Shown: positions 36,387 to 49,633 of the stretch, piece by piece | Layout of the letters: every line of letters starts with the position of its first letter | Numbering within the stretch: the first letter of the stretch is position 1 | From: Schizochytrium sp. TIO01 | Lineage: Eukaryota > Protista > Bigyra: Labyrinthulomycetes | Direction: 5' to 3' | DNA length: 64,000 bases | NCBI GenBank assembly: GCA_004764695.1 | Contig: SMSO01000035.1 | Location: 2,294,001 to 2,358,000 of the forward strand | Made by a program: the position numbers and the translations under genes | The notes under the pieces: model-generated | What the model saw: the letters and a program-made list of their open reading frames with translations, nothing else | What the model was told of the DNA's origin: nothing | The model's database searches: none

Positions 36387-37139
36387 TCAGGTAGTCTTTT
36401 TGGAGCGAGTAAGAAGCATCTTGTAGAGCCAAAAAGAGTTAAGACCATTAAGCACAACATTTGCCAAGAGATAATAAGACACAGCAAATGTGGAATGAGC
36501 ACGACCAGATTGCAAAAGTTCAACAGAGTCTTTTGTGAAATAAGCAGAAATGTAGAAGCCGTAGAAAATTCGCACCACGAGAAAGGTATATCCGAAAAGA
36601 TTCTTCAACACGTCATGCAGAGTTCCTTGGTAGCCAAGTTGGCGCATGATTAGCATAGCATTCAAGAACGGAGTACTCAATTCATAAAGTAGGAACCGAA
36701 CTCCCCAATAGTGAAGGTACGGGTACTGTCCAAACAAATAGCAAACAAAGCAAGCAATGGCATGGCAGAGAAAGCCCACATCAATCTTGCTTGCCCCGAG
36801 GCAAACAAAGATATCCCAAAGGAAGAATCCGCACGAATGAGCAAAAAGGAGATTTGCACGATCAGAAAATCCATACAGGCGGTCCAGCTCCGTCTCTCGA
36901 GTTTCTTCCGGATCAAGGAGAATCCAAAACGCAATACAAATGACAGACACAGCATGAACAAACCCTGTCACGCGTCCGCTAAATCTTCGCCGCTCATCAT
37001 TGTCCTCAATAGATTTCGGAGCAAAACGTTCTGCAATAGCATCGATGACAGTCCACACTATTGTAAAGGCTGCCATTCGCTGCATTTGTCGTGCACCCAC
37101 AGCTTCACCAAACCAAGACTCCACATAATCATACATCAT
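36387..37139 (-). CDS. TLC (TRAM/LAG1/CLN8) domain membrane protein, TMEM56/TLCD4-like
   Basis: Multi-TM protein with FVHA, GFFLWD, FLLYELSTPFLN, FLVVRI and LNSFWLYKM motifs. First ATG at 37139. Confidence 0.88.
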   Translation of the reverse strand: MMYDYVESWFGEAVGARQMQRMAAFTIVWTVIDAIAERFAPKSIEDNDERRRFSGRVTGFVHAVSVICIAFWILLDPEETRETELDRLYGFSDRANLLFAHSCGFFLWDIFVCLGASKIDVGFLCHAIACFVCYLFGQYPYLHYWGVRFLLYELSTPFLNAMLIMRQLGYQGTLHDVLKNLFGYTFLVVRIFYGFYISAYFTKDSVELLQSGRAHSTFAVSYYLLANVVLNGLNSFWLYKMLLTRSKKTT

Positions 37140-38586
37140 CGTCTTACGGACAAACCTCAAGTATACCTATGCAAGAATGGTTGCGGTGCTCTCCAATCCT
37201 GTTTGTTCTGCTCGATACTTGGCTCCAGCTGCAAACACCAAGGTTTCTCGGCCACAGGATACCCCTACACTGTCGCCACTTTTTGGCTTGACTACCTACA
37301 CAAGTCTTCAATCCCAATCCTGTACAGGACAAAAACCTTTTGCTGACAACGAGATCTGCTTTGCGAAGGAAGCCTGCCGAGCTTCGAGCAATCTGGCGAG
37401 GTCACCGCAAGGAGAATTAGGTCTGCCTCCCACAACAAGCTTGGCGTGTAATTGATTGTGTTGGCGCAGTGAGAAAGCTCAGCGAGAAAAAGATGCGTCG
37501 TTTGATGATGCCAACATAAAAGGTTTTAAGTATAAGTCAATTCTGACAAGCGAGCATTGCTGCCCAAATCTGCAAGCTCGCGCCTCCAATAACCTTGCTC
37601 ATCTTGAGCACAGCCTTCCAGAGCTCTGCCCCCGAGAGAACGAACTTATTTAGACTAATCTTCAATGCTCTATCAATCTACCAGATTTGATCTGGTTTTA
37701 AGGCAAACCAGGAAAGGCGATCTAGGTCTTCAAAGGAAGGTTGCAGCCCAAAGATGGACTTTCTCAAGGAAGAGTGTGAACAGAACAAAACTGGCTTTGC
37801 GAAGAGGTGGTTTTGCAATCGTCAGGTTTACTGTTTATCGGCGCGTTGATATCCCTAGGGTGGATAGGGTGAGACGCGTGTTCAAGTCGTGTCCAGCTCA
37901 ATACCATATTGAACTATGAAATGAAACAATTAGTATACTATCACCAATCGAATGGCGGACGCTCTCAGATTTCGCTGTCTTAGTATGAAGATCACAAGTT
38001 AGATACCAGGTGCCTAGTATCTTCTTGTAGTGTTTTAAGTCAATCCTTCGACATCTTCGTTAAAACCATCCCAATCCATCTTCAGACTGCCAACTAGGCA
38101 GCAATATAAATTAAAATCGCGATGTTCGACCCGAGTTGGATCTACACATCATCCTACTAGTACTGGTATTTAACCTATGGGTAGCTCGAGGCGCTCTCAG
38201 TAGCGTGGATGCTTCTTAGCAGTGTAATTAGTAATCATTCTAGCCAAGCTAATCATCTACCTAGGTGATACTACAAAGCACAAGTCGATTGAAGATGAAC
38301 TTGGCCACCGCAGAAACTTGAGATGCCCATCAAGACTCTTGTCGATTCAACAGATCATCCATGCTCAAACTCAGACTTTGACTCAAGATTCTGAACGACA
38401 CATCTTGAATCATCCCATGTCAATGATTGATGAAAAACAGAATTGTTACTACGTACGATGTCACGAAAATAAAAAAAATTGTCAAAAAACTATGCAAAAG
38501 TTGAACTAACCAGCAGAACAACTTGCCAAACTTAGCAAAGCGGAGGAGATATTGCGTGGACTCTCTTGCAAAGGACCTTGAGTCGA

Positions 38587-41328
38587 ATGGCAGCCGAAGA
38601 AGGTCTCGAGGAGAACCAAGGGTGCTCAAAAGGCAGCATTGTTGTGAATTCCGGGAAGACCAGCAGCGCTCATGAGAGTGCAAACTCAACCACAAGCATT
38701 GCCGTCTCGAGTGCTGGTGAGAACAAGGAGACGGCAGAGGACGACGGTGCCAAAGAAGACAAAGTCGCAGTAGAGATCGGGGGAAATCACAATGAGGATC
38801 AAGATAATGTCATCCCCAGTGAGCCAACCGAAAGCCCGAGAGCTGATCGAGGGCAGGGCTCTACCCGGGCAGGCACAGCCAAACGAAAGCGATATAAAGA
38901 ACCCACTGTCTTGCGGAGATCTTTAAGGAACCGGAGGTCCCGGTTTGATAGTAGCGAAATAATGAGGATTGAGAATTCACAGCTTGACGAGACATTCACA
39001 AATGGGAATTCTGATGCGGGTTTTAAAGACGATTACTTCGAACATGCGCTGGAACTTAGCAAACGAGAGACATCAGGGCGTGGAACTTCTAGGAACAGGC
39101 CACAACTCTTTCAACCACCATGCACGAAATATACGTCAACTTCGACTAGTGCAAGCACTGGAGATAGTCAGGTGTGCTCGTTGGAAGATTCTAATACTGC
39201 TGCCCGAGCTGTGTCGCCAAGTATAGGCTACAAGAGTGCCACGGTAGATCTCACACTGGACTCTGACGATGAGTGCGTTGATGTTACAAGTGCTGCATTT
39301 GATACCGTTTCGACAATGGTAAATTTCACGGATGCTACTGTGCCGCATGGTTTGGTTGATCAGCAATGCAACGCGATCGGCGCCTCTTTGTTGACAGATC
39401 CTGCCATTTCAAGTGAAGCCGGAAACTCCGCCCTCACAACAAACATTAGCCATCCTTGCCACCAGCGAAACCCCAAAAGAGGTATCAAAGGCTCGCATGT
39501 ACTGTTGCAGCGAGGTGATCTGGTCACCACTACGTATGGCCTAGGATCCATCCAAAATATATTTTCTCGTGAACGCGACTCTGTATTCCAGTTTAGTGTG
39601 AACTTTATGAAGATTGACACGTCTTTGCCTGCAAACGATGACCTCGTCCTTACTATTGTCAGTGATGTGGACCCAAACGTGTGTAAAGGTGATCAAATCA
39701 TTTGTGACAAAAACATGGGAGTAGAAGAACTGCACGAGAAACTCAATGCTGGGTTGTTTTCTGGAGAAATACAAGTTAAACACAAGGTTCGTTACACTGT
39801 ATATGAGGTGTGGCTGCAGTGGGGTATTGCTAGTCCAAACGAGGCTACGGATAAAAAGGGATTTTCAATGGTGTGGATGCCAAAAGCCTTTTTGCAAGCT
39901 GATTCGGTAGAGCTAGCTAGGAAACTACCAGGTGTAAAGTATGAATTTCCAGTCTTATTTGGCGCATATGGAAACCGGAACAAGTATATAAAACTTACGG
40001 GTGAGGATATGGCACGTATGTGGCCTGGGCTACACCTCAATGATGCAATTCTTGACTACTGCATTGGACACATTTTACCTCAGGTTGATCCCATTCGTAG
40101 AAAGAAACTGTACGTCTTCCATTCCCTATTCTTCTCTTGGTTCACGGACCGTGTTAACAACAATGGAGGTCCAAAATCCACAGAATCCTTCAAAGATGCG
40201 CACAGGGATGTTTCCAAGACCACCAAAAACATTGACATTTTCTCCAAGGATTTACTTATCATCCCAATCAACGCACATCTACATTGGACTCTGGCAATTG
40301 TTTGTAATCCGGGCCTTCTTGGAGAAGCAATGGAACGTGACCAAACTCTTGAGGGAACAATGGAAGTTGATGAAGGTGGCATAGCTGATCAAGATCCGGA
40401 AAGTCTGCAATCAAATGAAAATACTCTTCAAAGTAGTACCGAAGGGACTCAGAAGGCTGGTGTGTCTTCTGACCAACAAATTGATACTATCAGCGGAGGA
40501 AATGAGTCGGTTAATCAAAGTTCTCTAAGAAACCAACATGTAACTAAAATGGATTACGACGATGAAGATGATCAATCATTAGCTTTGAAACAGCTCAAGA
40601 CGCCTCCTCTGTCACATCTTGTAGGAGGCGAAGATAAAGTTGAACAGAACGAAGAGACAGAGATGTGTTCTTGTTCTTACGATGATGCAAAAGTGGGGAA
40701 AGATGAGAAGGCATCTTCAGACTCGGAAGAATTTGCGACGATGGCAAAGACTACATCTTCGAGTCCAGCATCTGCATTGCAAACCCCATCTTCAGAAACC
40801 TCTTCTAAGCGAACCCGGCGTAAACCAGTGAAATATGCTAGCTCCAGCTCCAAAAAATCAAAATACATGAAGAAACCAGAAGCGGTTGGTAGACGTCCCT
40901 ATGTTCTTTTCTTCGACTCTCTTCGAGGCAATCAGACAGCTCGCGTCCTAAAGCTGTTGCGAGGTTATCTTCAAGAAGAATGGATTGCACGGCGTGGTCC
41001 TCTACCGAGCTCAGTTAATGCGAGTTCTCTGCCAGGCCTTTCACCTGCAGTGCCGCTTCAACTCAATCAATGTGACTGTGGTGTATACCTTTTAGAATAC
41101 CTTGAACGCATTCTCACAGAGAAATTAGATGATCTTCTTGAACTAGTTTCTGATGAGTCTGCCACTACGAGTCGTGTTCGCACGAAGACAAATTCTCTGT
41201 TCGGAAAAAAATGGTTTGAACCTAGGGATGTCGCTCAAAAAAGGAGCGATTTTCTGAAAATTCTACGGACTGAGTTGGCCCTTGCGACCAAGCGTTCCCC
41301 ACCTCAATCTGATGTGCTAATTTCGTAA
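38587..41328 (+). CDS. Ulp/SENP SUMO-specific cysteine protease (C48; ULP2/SENP6-7-like split domain)
   Basis: HLNDAILD, IDIFSKDLLIIPINAHLHW (His), FFDSL (Asp), QLNQCDCGVY (Gln/Cys). Confidence 0.92.
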   Translation: MAAEEGLEENQGCSKGSIVVNSGKTSSAHESANSTTSIAVSSAGENKETAEDDGAKEDKVAVEIGGNHNEDQDNVIPSEPTESPRADRGQGSTRAGTAKRKRYKEPTVLRRSLRNRRSRFDSSEIMRIENSQLDETFTNGNSDAGFKDDYFEHALELSKRETSGRGTSRNRPQLFQPPCTKYTSTSTSASTGDSQVCSLEDSNTAARAVSPSIGYKSATVDLTLDSDDECVDVTSAAFDTVSTMVNFTDATVPHGLVDQQCNAIGASLLTDPAISSEAGNSALTTNISHPCHQRNPKRGIKGSHVLLQRGDLVTTTYGLGSIQNIFSRERDSVFQFSVNFMKIDTSLPANDDLVLTIVSDVDPNVCKGDQIICDKNMGVEELHEKLNAGLFSGEIQVKHKVRYTVYEVWLQWGIASPNEATDKKGFSMVWMPKAFLQADSVELARKLPGVKYEFPVLFGAYGNRNKYIKLTGEDMARMWPGLHLNDAILDYCIGHILPQVDPIRRKKLYVFHSLFFSWFTDRVNNNGGPKSTESFKDAHRDVSKTTKNIDIFSKDLLIIPINAHLHWTLAIVCNPGLLGEAMERDQTLEGTMEVDEGGIADQDPESLQSNENTLQSSTEGTQKAGVSSDQQIDTISGGNESVNQSSLRNQHVTKMDYDDEDDQSLALKQLKTPPLSHLVGGEDKVEQNEETEMCSCSYDDAKVGKDEKASSDSEEFATMAKTTSSSPASALQTPSSETSSKRTRRKPVKYASSSSKKSKYMKKPEAVGRRPYVLFFDSLRGNQTARVLKLLRGYLQEEWIARRGPLPSSVNASSLPGLSPAVPLQLNQCDCGVYLLEYLERILTEKLDDLLELVSDESATTSRVRTKTNSLFGKKWFEPRDVAQKRSDFLKILRTELALATKRSPPQSDVLIS

Positions 41329-41605
41329 CAGTAGGATATTGAATTTGTAATGCCCTTCAAGGATTTGTAGTAGATATTCTCGCATTGATGAGAAAGCCCA
41401 AATAGTGTTGATTTATATTGTTAGGTGTGCCGAGCAGGCATAAAGCTATCTTTGTGAAGATAAAATAATCTCATCTTATTGATAATTCGCTGGATCTTTC
41501 TCTCTGGATAATGCTAGATTCACACTACCTCACCAAAATTGTGATGTACTAAGAAGAAGCGAACAAGACCTAAAGTTCAACAGTGCGTAATTAGTCATGA
41601 TTTTA

Positions 41606-42972
41606 TTATAAAGTGCTCCGTTTGGCGGATGATTCACTCGGGTCAAAGCTACGATGTTTTACGCCTGAAGCTGACAACCACTCTTTATTAAGAATAACAC
41701 CCCAACCATGGCCTTCTGGGCTTAGCTCAAGACATCCATTTTTCACTCGCAACGGGGTGCCTTCTATTTGTTCGATAGACGTGATTTTACCTGACCCTTG
41801 CTCGAGAACAATTTGTCGCAGCCCATCGTCAACGCATGCAAGCTCAATGTGATCTAGGCTTGCATCTGATAAGGCACTAGCTACATGAAGAGCGTAAACA
41901 ATGTGCAAGTCCCCTTGTGGAGAATGAGGAATAAAACGGCGACGATCGCGTTTAGCGTAGTCAGCGATTTGTAGAATAGATGATGTACCTCCAGAGTATC
42001 CAAAGTCTGGTTGGTAAATGTCAACTGGGAGCCCTGAATCCCACACATCCATGCGGAACTCCTGTTCACCACCAGCAAGTGGAAGACCTTCGCGTGACGG
42101 GCGTTTGTTTAATGATTCATAGGCTTTGTAATCACACCAAAAGAAGGCTTCCTCAAAGAACGATACCTTATATTTCTTGAGCATAGCGCACACTGAGTCA
42201 ATGAACTCTCCTTCAGAGTCCGGTGAGGGGTAAGCCCCATTTGCGTCAACCATCAATTCGCAATCTGGTCCAAGCACTGCTCGAGCTTCTCTTAAAACAT
42301 CTTCGGTACGACCAGGCCAAGCATCCATTTGCTTTTCATTTGATGTTCCCCTCCGTGCCAGCAAGCCTTGCATTCTTTTCCCAGCCTTCACTTTAAATGC
42401 CATAATCCCGTGCTCGACTTTGAGAGCCCGAAGTTTGCATGCAAGGTCGCCAGCAGAGATTTTACGTGAAATACTTGAAGCGTATACTGGAAACGGCCTA
42501 AGTTTTTTATCACCAAGTAGCTCACATACTGTACATCCTGCATATTTTCCGCATGCATCCCATGCAGCAGCATCAAGACCAGCTAGAGCTTTACTAAATT
42601 GAACTCCAAGCTGTTTATAATTGAGCTCAAAACTCACTGCCTTCTCCGCAAGTTGTGGAGGGTCGCATACTAGGGTGTCCATCACAGCAGGAGCAATGCG
42701 TCGATGAAAAATCTCTACCGTCAAATCCACATCCTTGTTTCCAAACTGTCCCCAGCCTGAGCTTTTCATAGAGCATATAGTTGCGAAGGTCAATCGTCCA
42801 AGCTCTCAAGATCGTTGTTGGCCAGCATTTTTGTAAAAACAAAGTTTAGAGGACACCTACCTTCGATACCATCTGATGTGATTAGCCTCACAAAGGCGGT
42901 TTTGCCGTCTGCACCTTCAAAGGTGTCGAGCTTGGCAATGCGGGCATCCCATGCGCGAAGGACCGTCTTCAT
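41606..42972 (-). CDS. Mandelate racemase/muconate lactonizing enzyme family enolase; 2 exons, join(42972..42861,42756..41606)
   Basis: Removing the GT..AG intron 42860-42757 restores TSDGIEGWGQ. Also LDAAAWD, KVK, LMVDAN, FFEE, LAGGE, QPD and PH motifs. Confidence 0.9.
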
Positions 42973-43631
42973 CTTTTGCTAAATACCACTCCGATTGCGG
43001 TTTATTGAAAAAAAGAGATTCTAAAAAGTATCTTATGACTTTTAAAAAAGAATCTATATTTTAAATTTTATTTTTTAAAGAAAGAGAAACACGAGACTAA
43101 TGTTTTTGGAAAGCACTTTGAGTTGGTAATTTTTGTTCGATGAATTATTTTCGATTTGCAAATGAATTGTAAAGTTCTTTCATTTACCTTTATGTTATAT
43201 ATATATAGCGACTTGTCCTGTTGGTTTTAGCATTCTGTGTTTTTTGTTTGTTTTGGTGAGGTATATCCTGAAAGGAAAACTCCTGCTGAGCCGGAAAGTG
43301 CTTCCAACAGTAGAAAATAGATAAAATTGTGAAAAAGAAAAGCAAATATTTCATCTCAAGGAACAAAGTCAAAAGCGCAGCATATACAAATATATATATA
43401 CGCAAGCTTTCACAACCAAGTTGATATGATCAAGTAAATTTAGACTCGCTAGACTGAATGTAGAGGGACTCGGTAACAAAGTCTTCTCAGTTGCTTATGG
43501 AAAGTCATAAGCATGAGTTCAAGTTGTTTGAAAAAGATAGAAAGTTGATCTTAAATACGGATGAAAGGTGGTGAAAAATGATCTAGTAAGACAATTCAGA
43601 TGAACACATCTGTGCGTTAAAGGAAGTTCGC

Positions 43632-45245
43632 TTAGTCAAGCTGAAGCACAGTAGCCCCAATCTGGGGCTGCCGTTGATCATGCTCGCGAGAATGGGCTGC
43701 CTCTTCTCTATCTGGTAAATCTTCAGTTTGTCTTGAAGATGTTTTTACGCAAAATCCCATAATGAGGACCGATGCGATAAGCATAGCAATGAACACTCCA
43801 GTAAGGGATGATGGGCCAATGACTGGGGCTAATGCTGTCAAAGTGCAGGCTGAAATATTAAGCAAGAAAATCAGCACACTAATCGAAATTCCCTCATTAA
43901 CTGGGTATATAAGTTTAGCAGCAAGCTCATAGAAAATAGGACTACATAAACCATATGTAAACCCAGTGCAAAGGACAGCCGTGAGGACACCAGTGAATGT
44001 TTCGTGGCGGGTGGCGTCAACAAAAAACGCCAAAGCAAAGACTTGCATTCCCAGTCCTACTACCAACTCCACACGAAGTCGCTCCCGCTTACTTATGAGA
44101 CCAATCATGATGCTACCTAGATTTGCTGCCATTCCATTAAAGCAGCCTATCAAACCAATTGTGGTATCCTCAAAGTGGCCTTTTAGAATCGGTTGAAGCA
44201 TAGTTTGCCATGCCGTAGCAATACCAGCAATTCCACCTCCGCAGAGAATAGTCAAGATGAAGTTGCGATTAGAAAGCATCAAGCGTAAGGAGTCGTGCTT
44301 TCCAGGCGAAGGGGGAACAACATACGTGTCATCCGAGTCAGCGGAAGCAAAGTCGCTATCCTCATTATTTACGCTATCGTGATCACCCATGTCGCTCGCG
44401 CTGCTAATACTACTACTTTGACGAACGCCATTGTTGTCCACAGATCTGCGCCTTCCATTAAGATCTGGAGTGGCCAGCCCTTGAACACGCACAAGGATTG
44501 GTTTAGGGAGAACACGTTGCACATGGTGAGGCCACCTGGGAAAATGAATGATTGCCAGCACAGCTGGTAAAATAGCCAAGGCTAATCCAGAATACAACAG
44601 TGCACCAATGCCACCAGCATGAGAGATGTAAGGACCCATGATAAATGCAACGTTTGTGCCTATGGAATTGGATGAAATTGCAATTGCAGTGGACCATGTT
44701 CGGTGTTCTTCAGGAAACCATATTGAAGAAAGCCGAGATGTGGTTGCCATGCAAAGCGGGCCTCCAGCTGCGTTAAGAATCTGCCCTGTGTGTAAAAACA
44801 TGATAGCAGAAAACCTGTGGCGAAGCGAAGGGCCAACGAAGGTTGGGATCAACCGAATGATGGCGCCTAGAACACAGAGAATCATGCCTGTGACGCAGGC
44901 TTCGTGAAAGCCATCAGGACGTGACATGATCCACAAAGTCACCGGAAAGAACAAAATACCAATAATGGGCCCCCAATTCAACAAAAGAGCAACTGCTGGG
45001 AAATCTAAGTCTTCTGTATAGTACTCTTGCAGGGAGTCAGGGTTCACTGACGAAAATGTGAGCCACATAACGCCTTGTGCGAAGGCAAACAAGGAAAACA
45101 CAGTAAGGACATAGTACCTCTCGTACTTTGCTCTCCAAGATGTGGCCTCGAGAATCTCCAAGTCTTCCTCAAAATCTGAGACGTCTTCCTCTTCATCGTC
45201 CGGTGGCAGGAGAGGCACGCTTGTGCTCTCCTCCTGTGCAATCAT
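43632..45245 (-). CDS. MFS transporter, FLVCR/DIRC2 (SLC49)-like
   Basis: About 12 hydrophobic segments and the motif GQILNA...SRLSSIWFPEEHRT. First ATG at 45245. Confidence 0.85.
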   Translation of the reverse strand: MIAQEESTSVPLLPPDDEEEDVSDFEEDLEILEATSWRAKYERYYVLTVFSLFAFAQGVMWLTFSSVNPDSLQEYYTEDLDFPAVALLLNWGPIIGILFFPVTLWIMSRPDGFHEACVTGMILCVLGAIIRLIPTFVGPSLRHRFSAIMFLHTGQILNAAGGPLCMATTSRLSSIWFPEEHRTWSTAIAISSNSIGTNVAFIMGPYISHAGGIGALLYSGLALAILPAVLAIIHFPRWPHHVQRVLPKPILVRVQGLATPDLNGRRRSVDNNGVRQSSSISSASDMGDHDSVNNEDSDFASADSDDTYVVPPSPGKHDSLRLMLSNRNFILTILCGGGIAGIATAWQTMLQPILKGHFEDTTIGLIGCFNGMAANLGSIMIGLISKRERLRVELVVGLGMQVFALAFFVDATRHETFTGVLTAVLCTGFTYGLCSPIFYELAAKLIYPVNEGISISVLIFLLNISACTLTALAPVIGPSSLTGVFIAMLIASVLIMGFCVKTSSRQTEDLPDREEAAHSREHDQRQPQIGATVLQLD

Positions 45246-48200
45246 CTTCCAAAGCAACTCCCTGGGTCTCCGCAATGGTTTCTGTTAATCTTCTATGGTT
45301 GATACTGGCTGGTCTCGGCTTCGGCACCTAGTTGTGTGAACCCGCCACAGTTTAGTTTCCTGAGTCCTACTTGTTGAGCGTTGGCTCTGAAGAGAAGCGA
45401 AGCGAGACCCCGTTGCTCCCTGTCAGCACCAAGGATCAGTGCTGCAGAGCAGCAAGGAGCCGCGATGACCTCGCGATCCTCTAGATCCCGGATTGCTAGC
45501 TTGCAATGCTTTGGACCTTGGCTTGTGCCACAGTCATCAATGATTATGATGCATTTCACGAAATGATGTGAAGAGCAATAAACATTTTCACCTACCTATA
45601 ATTACGCATAAGTACCTGGGTAGACATTGCCTAGTAAATACTAAGCACTACAACACTACGAAGTACCTACCTACCTACCTAACCTACCTTCGTACTTAGT
45701 TTGCGATATCAAAAACCATTCCTCCATCGTTGTCGCTCCTAAGCACTGTCCAGTGCAAGATGCAGAGTGGTCGACGCTTTTCAGGTTAAGCAATGCCAGA
45801 GCTGCAGCTTTACCTTGGAGGTTTGATTTATTCGTGCAGATGATGCAATCAGAGCTCGCTAGAGCTTTTTCTGCAAGTTTGTGTTTTATTACTAACCAGC
45901 CTGAGGTAGCTGAGCTCTTTCTGGTGCTAATACCTCGTTGTAAGAAGGCCTCAGACATTAAAGCGCCACCATATGACCCTCAAATTCATAAATTCATGTG
46001 CTACATATGCCCTCAATTCAAGAGGAGCTAAGCTTGCTCGAGGGTCCTGGCCTCTTTAAAAGTCCCTTCAAGCCAAGAGCAAGTGCCTCACTAGCTCTCT
46101 AGAGTTTCTTGAAAGCTCGGGTGTGGAAGCTCAAAGCAATAGCGTTCGAGAGGCCACCTTCATGGAGAACCTGATGCTCAGAGCAACGAATCTGTGGGCT
46201 ATTGATACAGAGTAACTTCGAACCTCTAGAGATTGGTCGCAACATCAAAGCGATATTGTCGACTAGCGTTAGTACTCGATACTGTCTGCGATCTAGGTAC
46301 TACATTTATGCCTCACGATTGCAGCATGCGTGACTTGCTGTACTTCTCTTCTTGAAAGAAAATAAGCGTGATGGTTCAAAGTATCCACGCAAAATAGACA
46401 ACACGATACATAGAACCGAAGAAGCCTAGCAAACCCAATCGCAGTTCTTAAAACAAAACGTGCATATGCTAATAAGGTTTGATAGAGGTGCCGCAGCAAC
46501 GTCAGCCTCGGATATACATACCTAGAGGTTGCAAAACAAATTAAAAAAGCGCTTCTTCATAGGTTTCAAGCTAAACTTGGAGCAGCATCGTAGCTCGAAC
46601 AACGACGATTAATTCACCATCTGCTGTGCTGCAGTCATCACCTCCACTGAGCTCTATGAAATGGGTTGTTTCTTTTAACAAAAAAAAAAAAAAAAGCTTG
46701 ACTCAAAACGACCGTGACGATTGTAGTAAGTGCTATGAAATTCTACTCAGCCCAGAAACAGAACTACCCTAGTTGGTAACTCTGGCTGTAACGTACACAA
46801 TGCAGAACGAGATATCACAGCAATCATGACGCACGTTCTTCCGCTTTCTAAAGCAAATAAACTGGGTAAATGCAAAGCCATTACAGAGAAAAGTGGCTGT
46901 TTGTAGCCAAGTTTCTGAGATCTAAAAGCAACGGCTCAACGCGAAAAGCAGCAGAGCCAACATGGGCGAATAGTCATATACTGAATGTCATGCTGTGACC
47001 ATGGTGTAAAGACATGTATGGCAAAAGCAAATGGGAGGCTCTTTGAGCGAAAGAGTTGGTTTTCAAGTGGGCTCATCGCAATTTCCTTAATTGATGAAAC
47101 GCCATGGGTTTGGTCGGAGTTTGGGATTGCCTATTTGGGCGTACTGTTGTATATTGATTGCTCCGCTGGAGATAAAGAACTTTTAATCCAGATATTGACT
47201 TTACTTGCATGACGTGAAAACGCGTTCAGCAATAGACCAGAATTAGAGCGAAAGGGATTAGACTTCCGCCTAAATCGGCAATACGTTAACATTTGCCTAT
47301 TTTACTGTACCAAGACGGGTCTTCAGCAAATACTAATTTACCTACAGCAAAAGCTGTATCACTAAATTCGAGGCCGCACAACGACTTTGCGGTCAATGTG
47401 CGCCATCAGACTTATGATGCTCATCGTTAAGCTTGCGGATAACATGCCAATTGTGAAAAGGAGAATTATGACAATAAAACACATTGCAAAGTATTCAGAC
47501 AATATTTAGCGATCAATCAGGTGAGAAACTCGTTCAAATTAGACTAACATTATTGGCTCGTCGTGATCTTGCAGAAGATGACCTGCTAATGAAAACGCAG
47601 TAGCTCAGTCAAAGTGAATATGCGAGCCGTTCACCAAACCACATGGACCCAAAATATAGCATTGGCAACTTTTTCAGAACAAAAATTAGAATCCAGAAAA
47701 ATACTCGCCCTTTTTTTTTTTGCTTTTTTTTCAATTTAATTTAAATTAAAAAAGCAAAATTAAAAAAAATCCTTCAATGTTAAAAAGCGTATGTACTAAA
47801 GTAGTGGCTAGGATGTCGAAGTCGCAATTCATCAGCATACAGGAGATAGGTTTAACAAACATTACAAGTTGAAGAAGCATCGAGTTTTCATGCTACTCTT
47901 CGTTCTATCTCTTCCCTCTTTTGTTTTTAGATGTTATTTTCACTGTAAATAAAATATAATATTTCACTTTTGTGACTAAAACACTCAAGGGTCGTGCAAT
48001 TCACTTGAACCTGAATTCAATGCCCCGAAACCCCATCGTGTAGACTTCTCCCTCGCTCGTTTGCTCATTCACCCGCCTCCTACATATGCAGGAACTTTAC
48101 TCGAGTTTCTATATCCTCCTTCAATATGTTATGGTTTTCCAACGCGATAGAGAACAATTTATAACCCGCCCACCTGCCGATGATTGAATTCGTTCATTCA

Positions 48201-49633
48201 TTTATCTACTCCTGGTCCAGCTTGAAGATTGAGGAGTTGAAGCCCCATCTTTAGATTAAATGACTACAAGCTCAGGCTCGCTGCGTTGAGGAGATACCTC
48301 AAGTTGCCCAACTCGTGACTTGCAAACGATGCCCAATCAAATGTCATGCATGGTTTGCTTTCTTGCGAGGTTTGAGAGGACATGCACTGTCAGATAACCA
48401 GCCTCCCCCAAAAGCTAGCTTCGCTCCATGCCAATGTGGCTGCCTCAGGATACCATTGCTCTTGGTACCTTAGTTTATAATCCCTCACTCGCTTTGCAAC
48501 TCTGCTGCTCGACAATGTTGCGATTCGCGAAGTTCTAATGCAGAATAGCAACGCAGAAACAGCATTAGAGACTGAGAACATGAGTGTAGTCTGGGTTACT
48601 GTGAAGACAGCGCATGACGAGAAGAACAATGATGTAAGCAACTTGAAGAGCAGTAGAGGAGTTCCCTCTTCGAAGTCCTTCTTCTTTAGCTTCAAAGGGT
48701 ACTAGGTAGGCATTGTCTTCTCTTGATCTATTTTTTCAAGACCTGATGGGTGAGTTTCTTGAAAGGCTATCGACGCTTCCGTTTTCGTGTACGATTTAAT
48801 ATTTTGCGGTAGTCACGGTATCATATTGTGTATTTGTTTTCATCGACCAAGCCTGAGCCTGAATTCTAGTTGATGGAACAAGCAAGCCATATAGAAAATC
48901 AAGCGAAAGGGACCGTATCGGAACGTAATGATACAGTATTTTTCAGTTTTGCTTGACGTGTGTGATATGACAACCTTAAGAGACCTCAGAGTATGATTTT
49001 GCCTTCTTGGAATTCCAATATGGGGCACTAGCTCAAGGTTGCGACGATTCTGGCGCAGAGACTTTCTTGATCACCACCGCAAAATTAAAACCTTGAACCT
49101 CGGGACAGCGATTTTGATTAATTTTCATAAGAAAAAAATATTAATATTTTATTTTATTTTTTGTAATTAGCTGAGCGGAAGGTGCTATCTTTAATGTTCT
49201 GAATTGATTGTTTTAAAACAACTAAAATTATGGTAGCCTTAAGGTTATATACACCCTAGGGTAGTGTCATTTTATTTTAGAATAAATAATGTTTTAATTA
49301 AAATTAATTTGAGCAATTCACTATATAGTGATATAGATAGACCGCCCTGCTTGTGCAAGGAGGGCGTGTGCACCTGTCCCAAGACACGGTGACATTATAT
49401 AATATATGTTACTTTGGATACACGGCGTCTGTGGAGAGCTTCCGTGGCAGTCGAAACGCTCAGAACCTCGGGTCCTCCTCGTCCACCGTGAAGAAAGTCT
49501 TCGCGTTGAGCTGCGCGAAGTCTGAGCAAATCGCGAGCACGGGCGGCGATATTGCGGGTCCGTGCTTGCGCCGTGATAAACTGGCGTTGCTCTAGGGCGC
49601 TTCGCCGAGGTTTTGGTTAGGTTTGGGGCGGAA

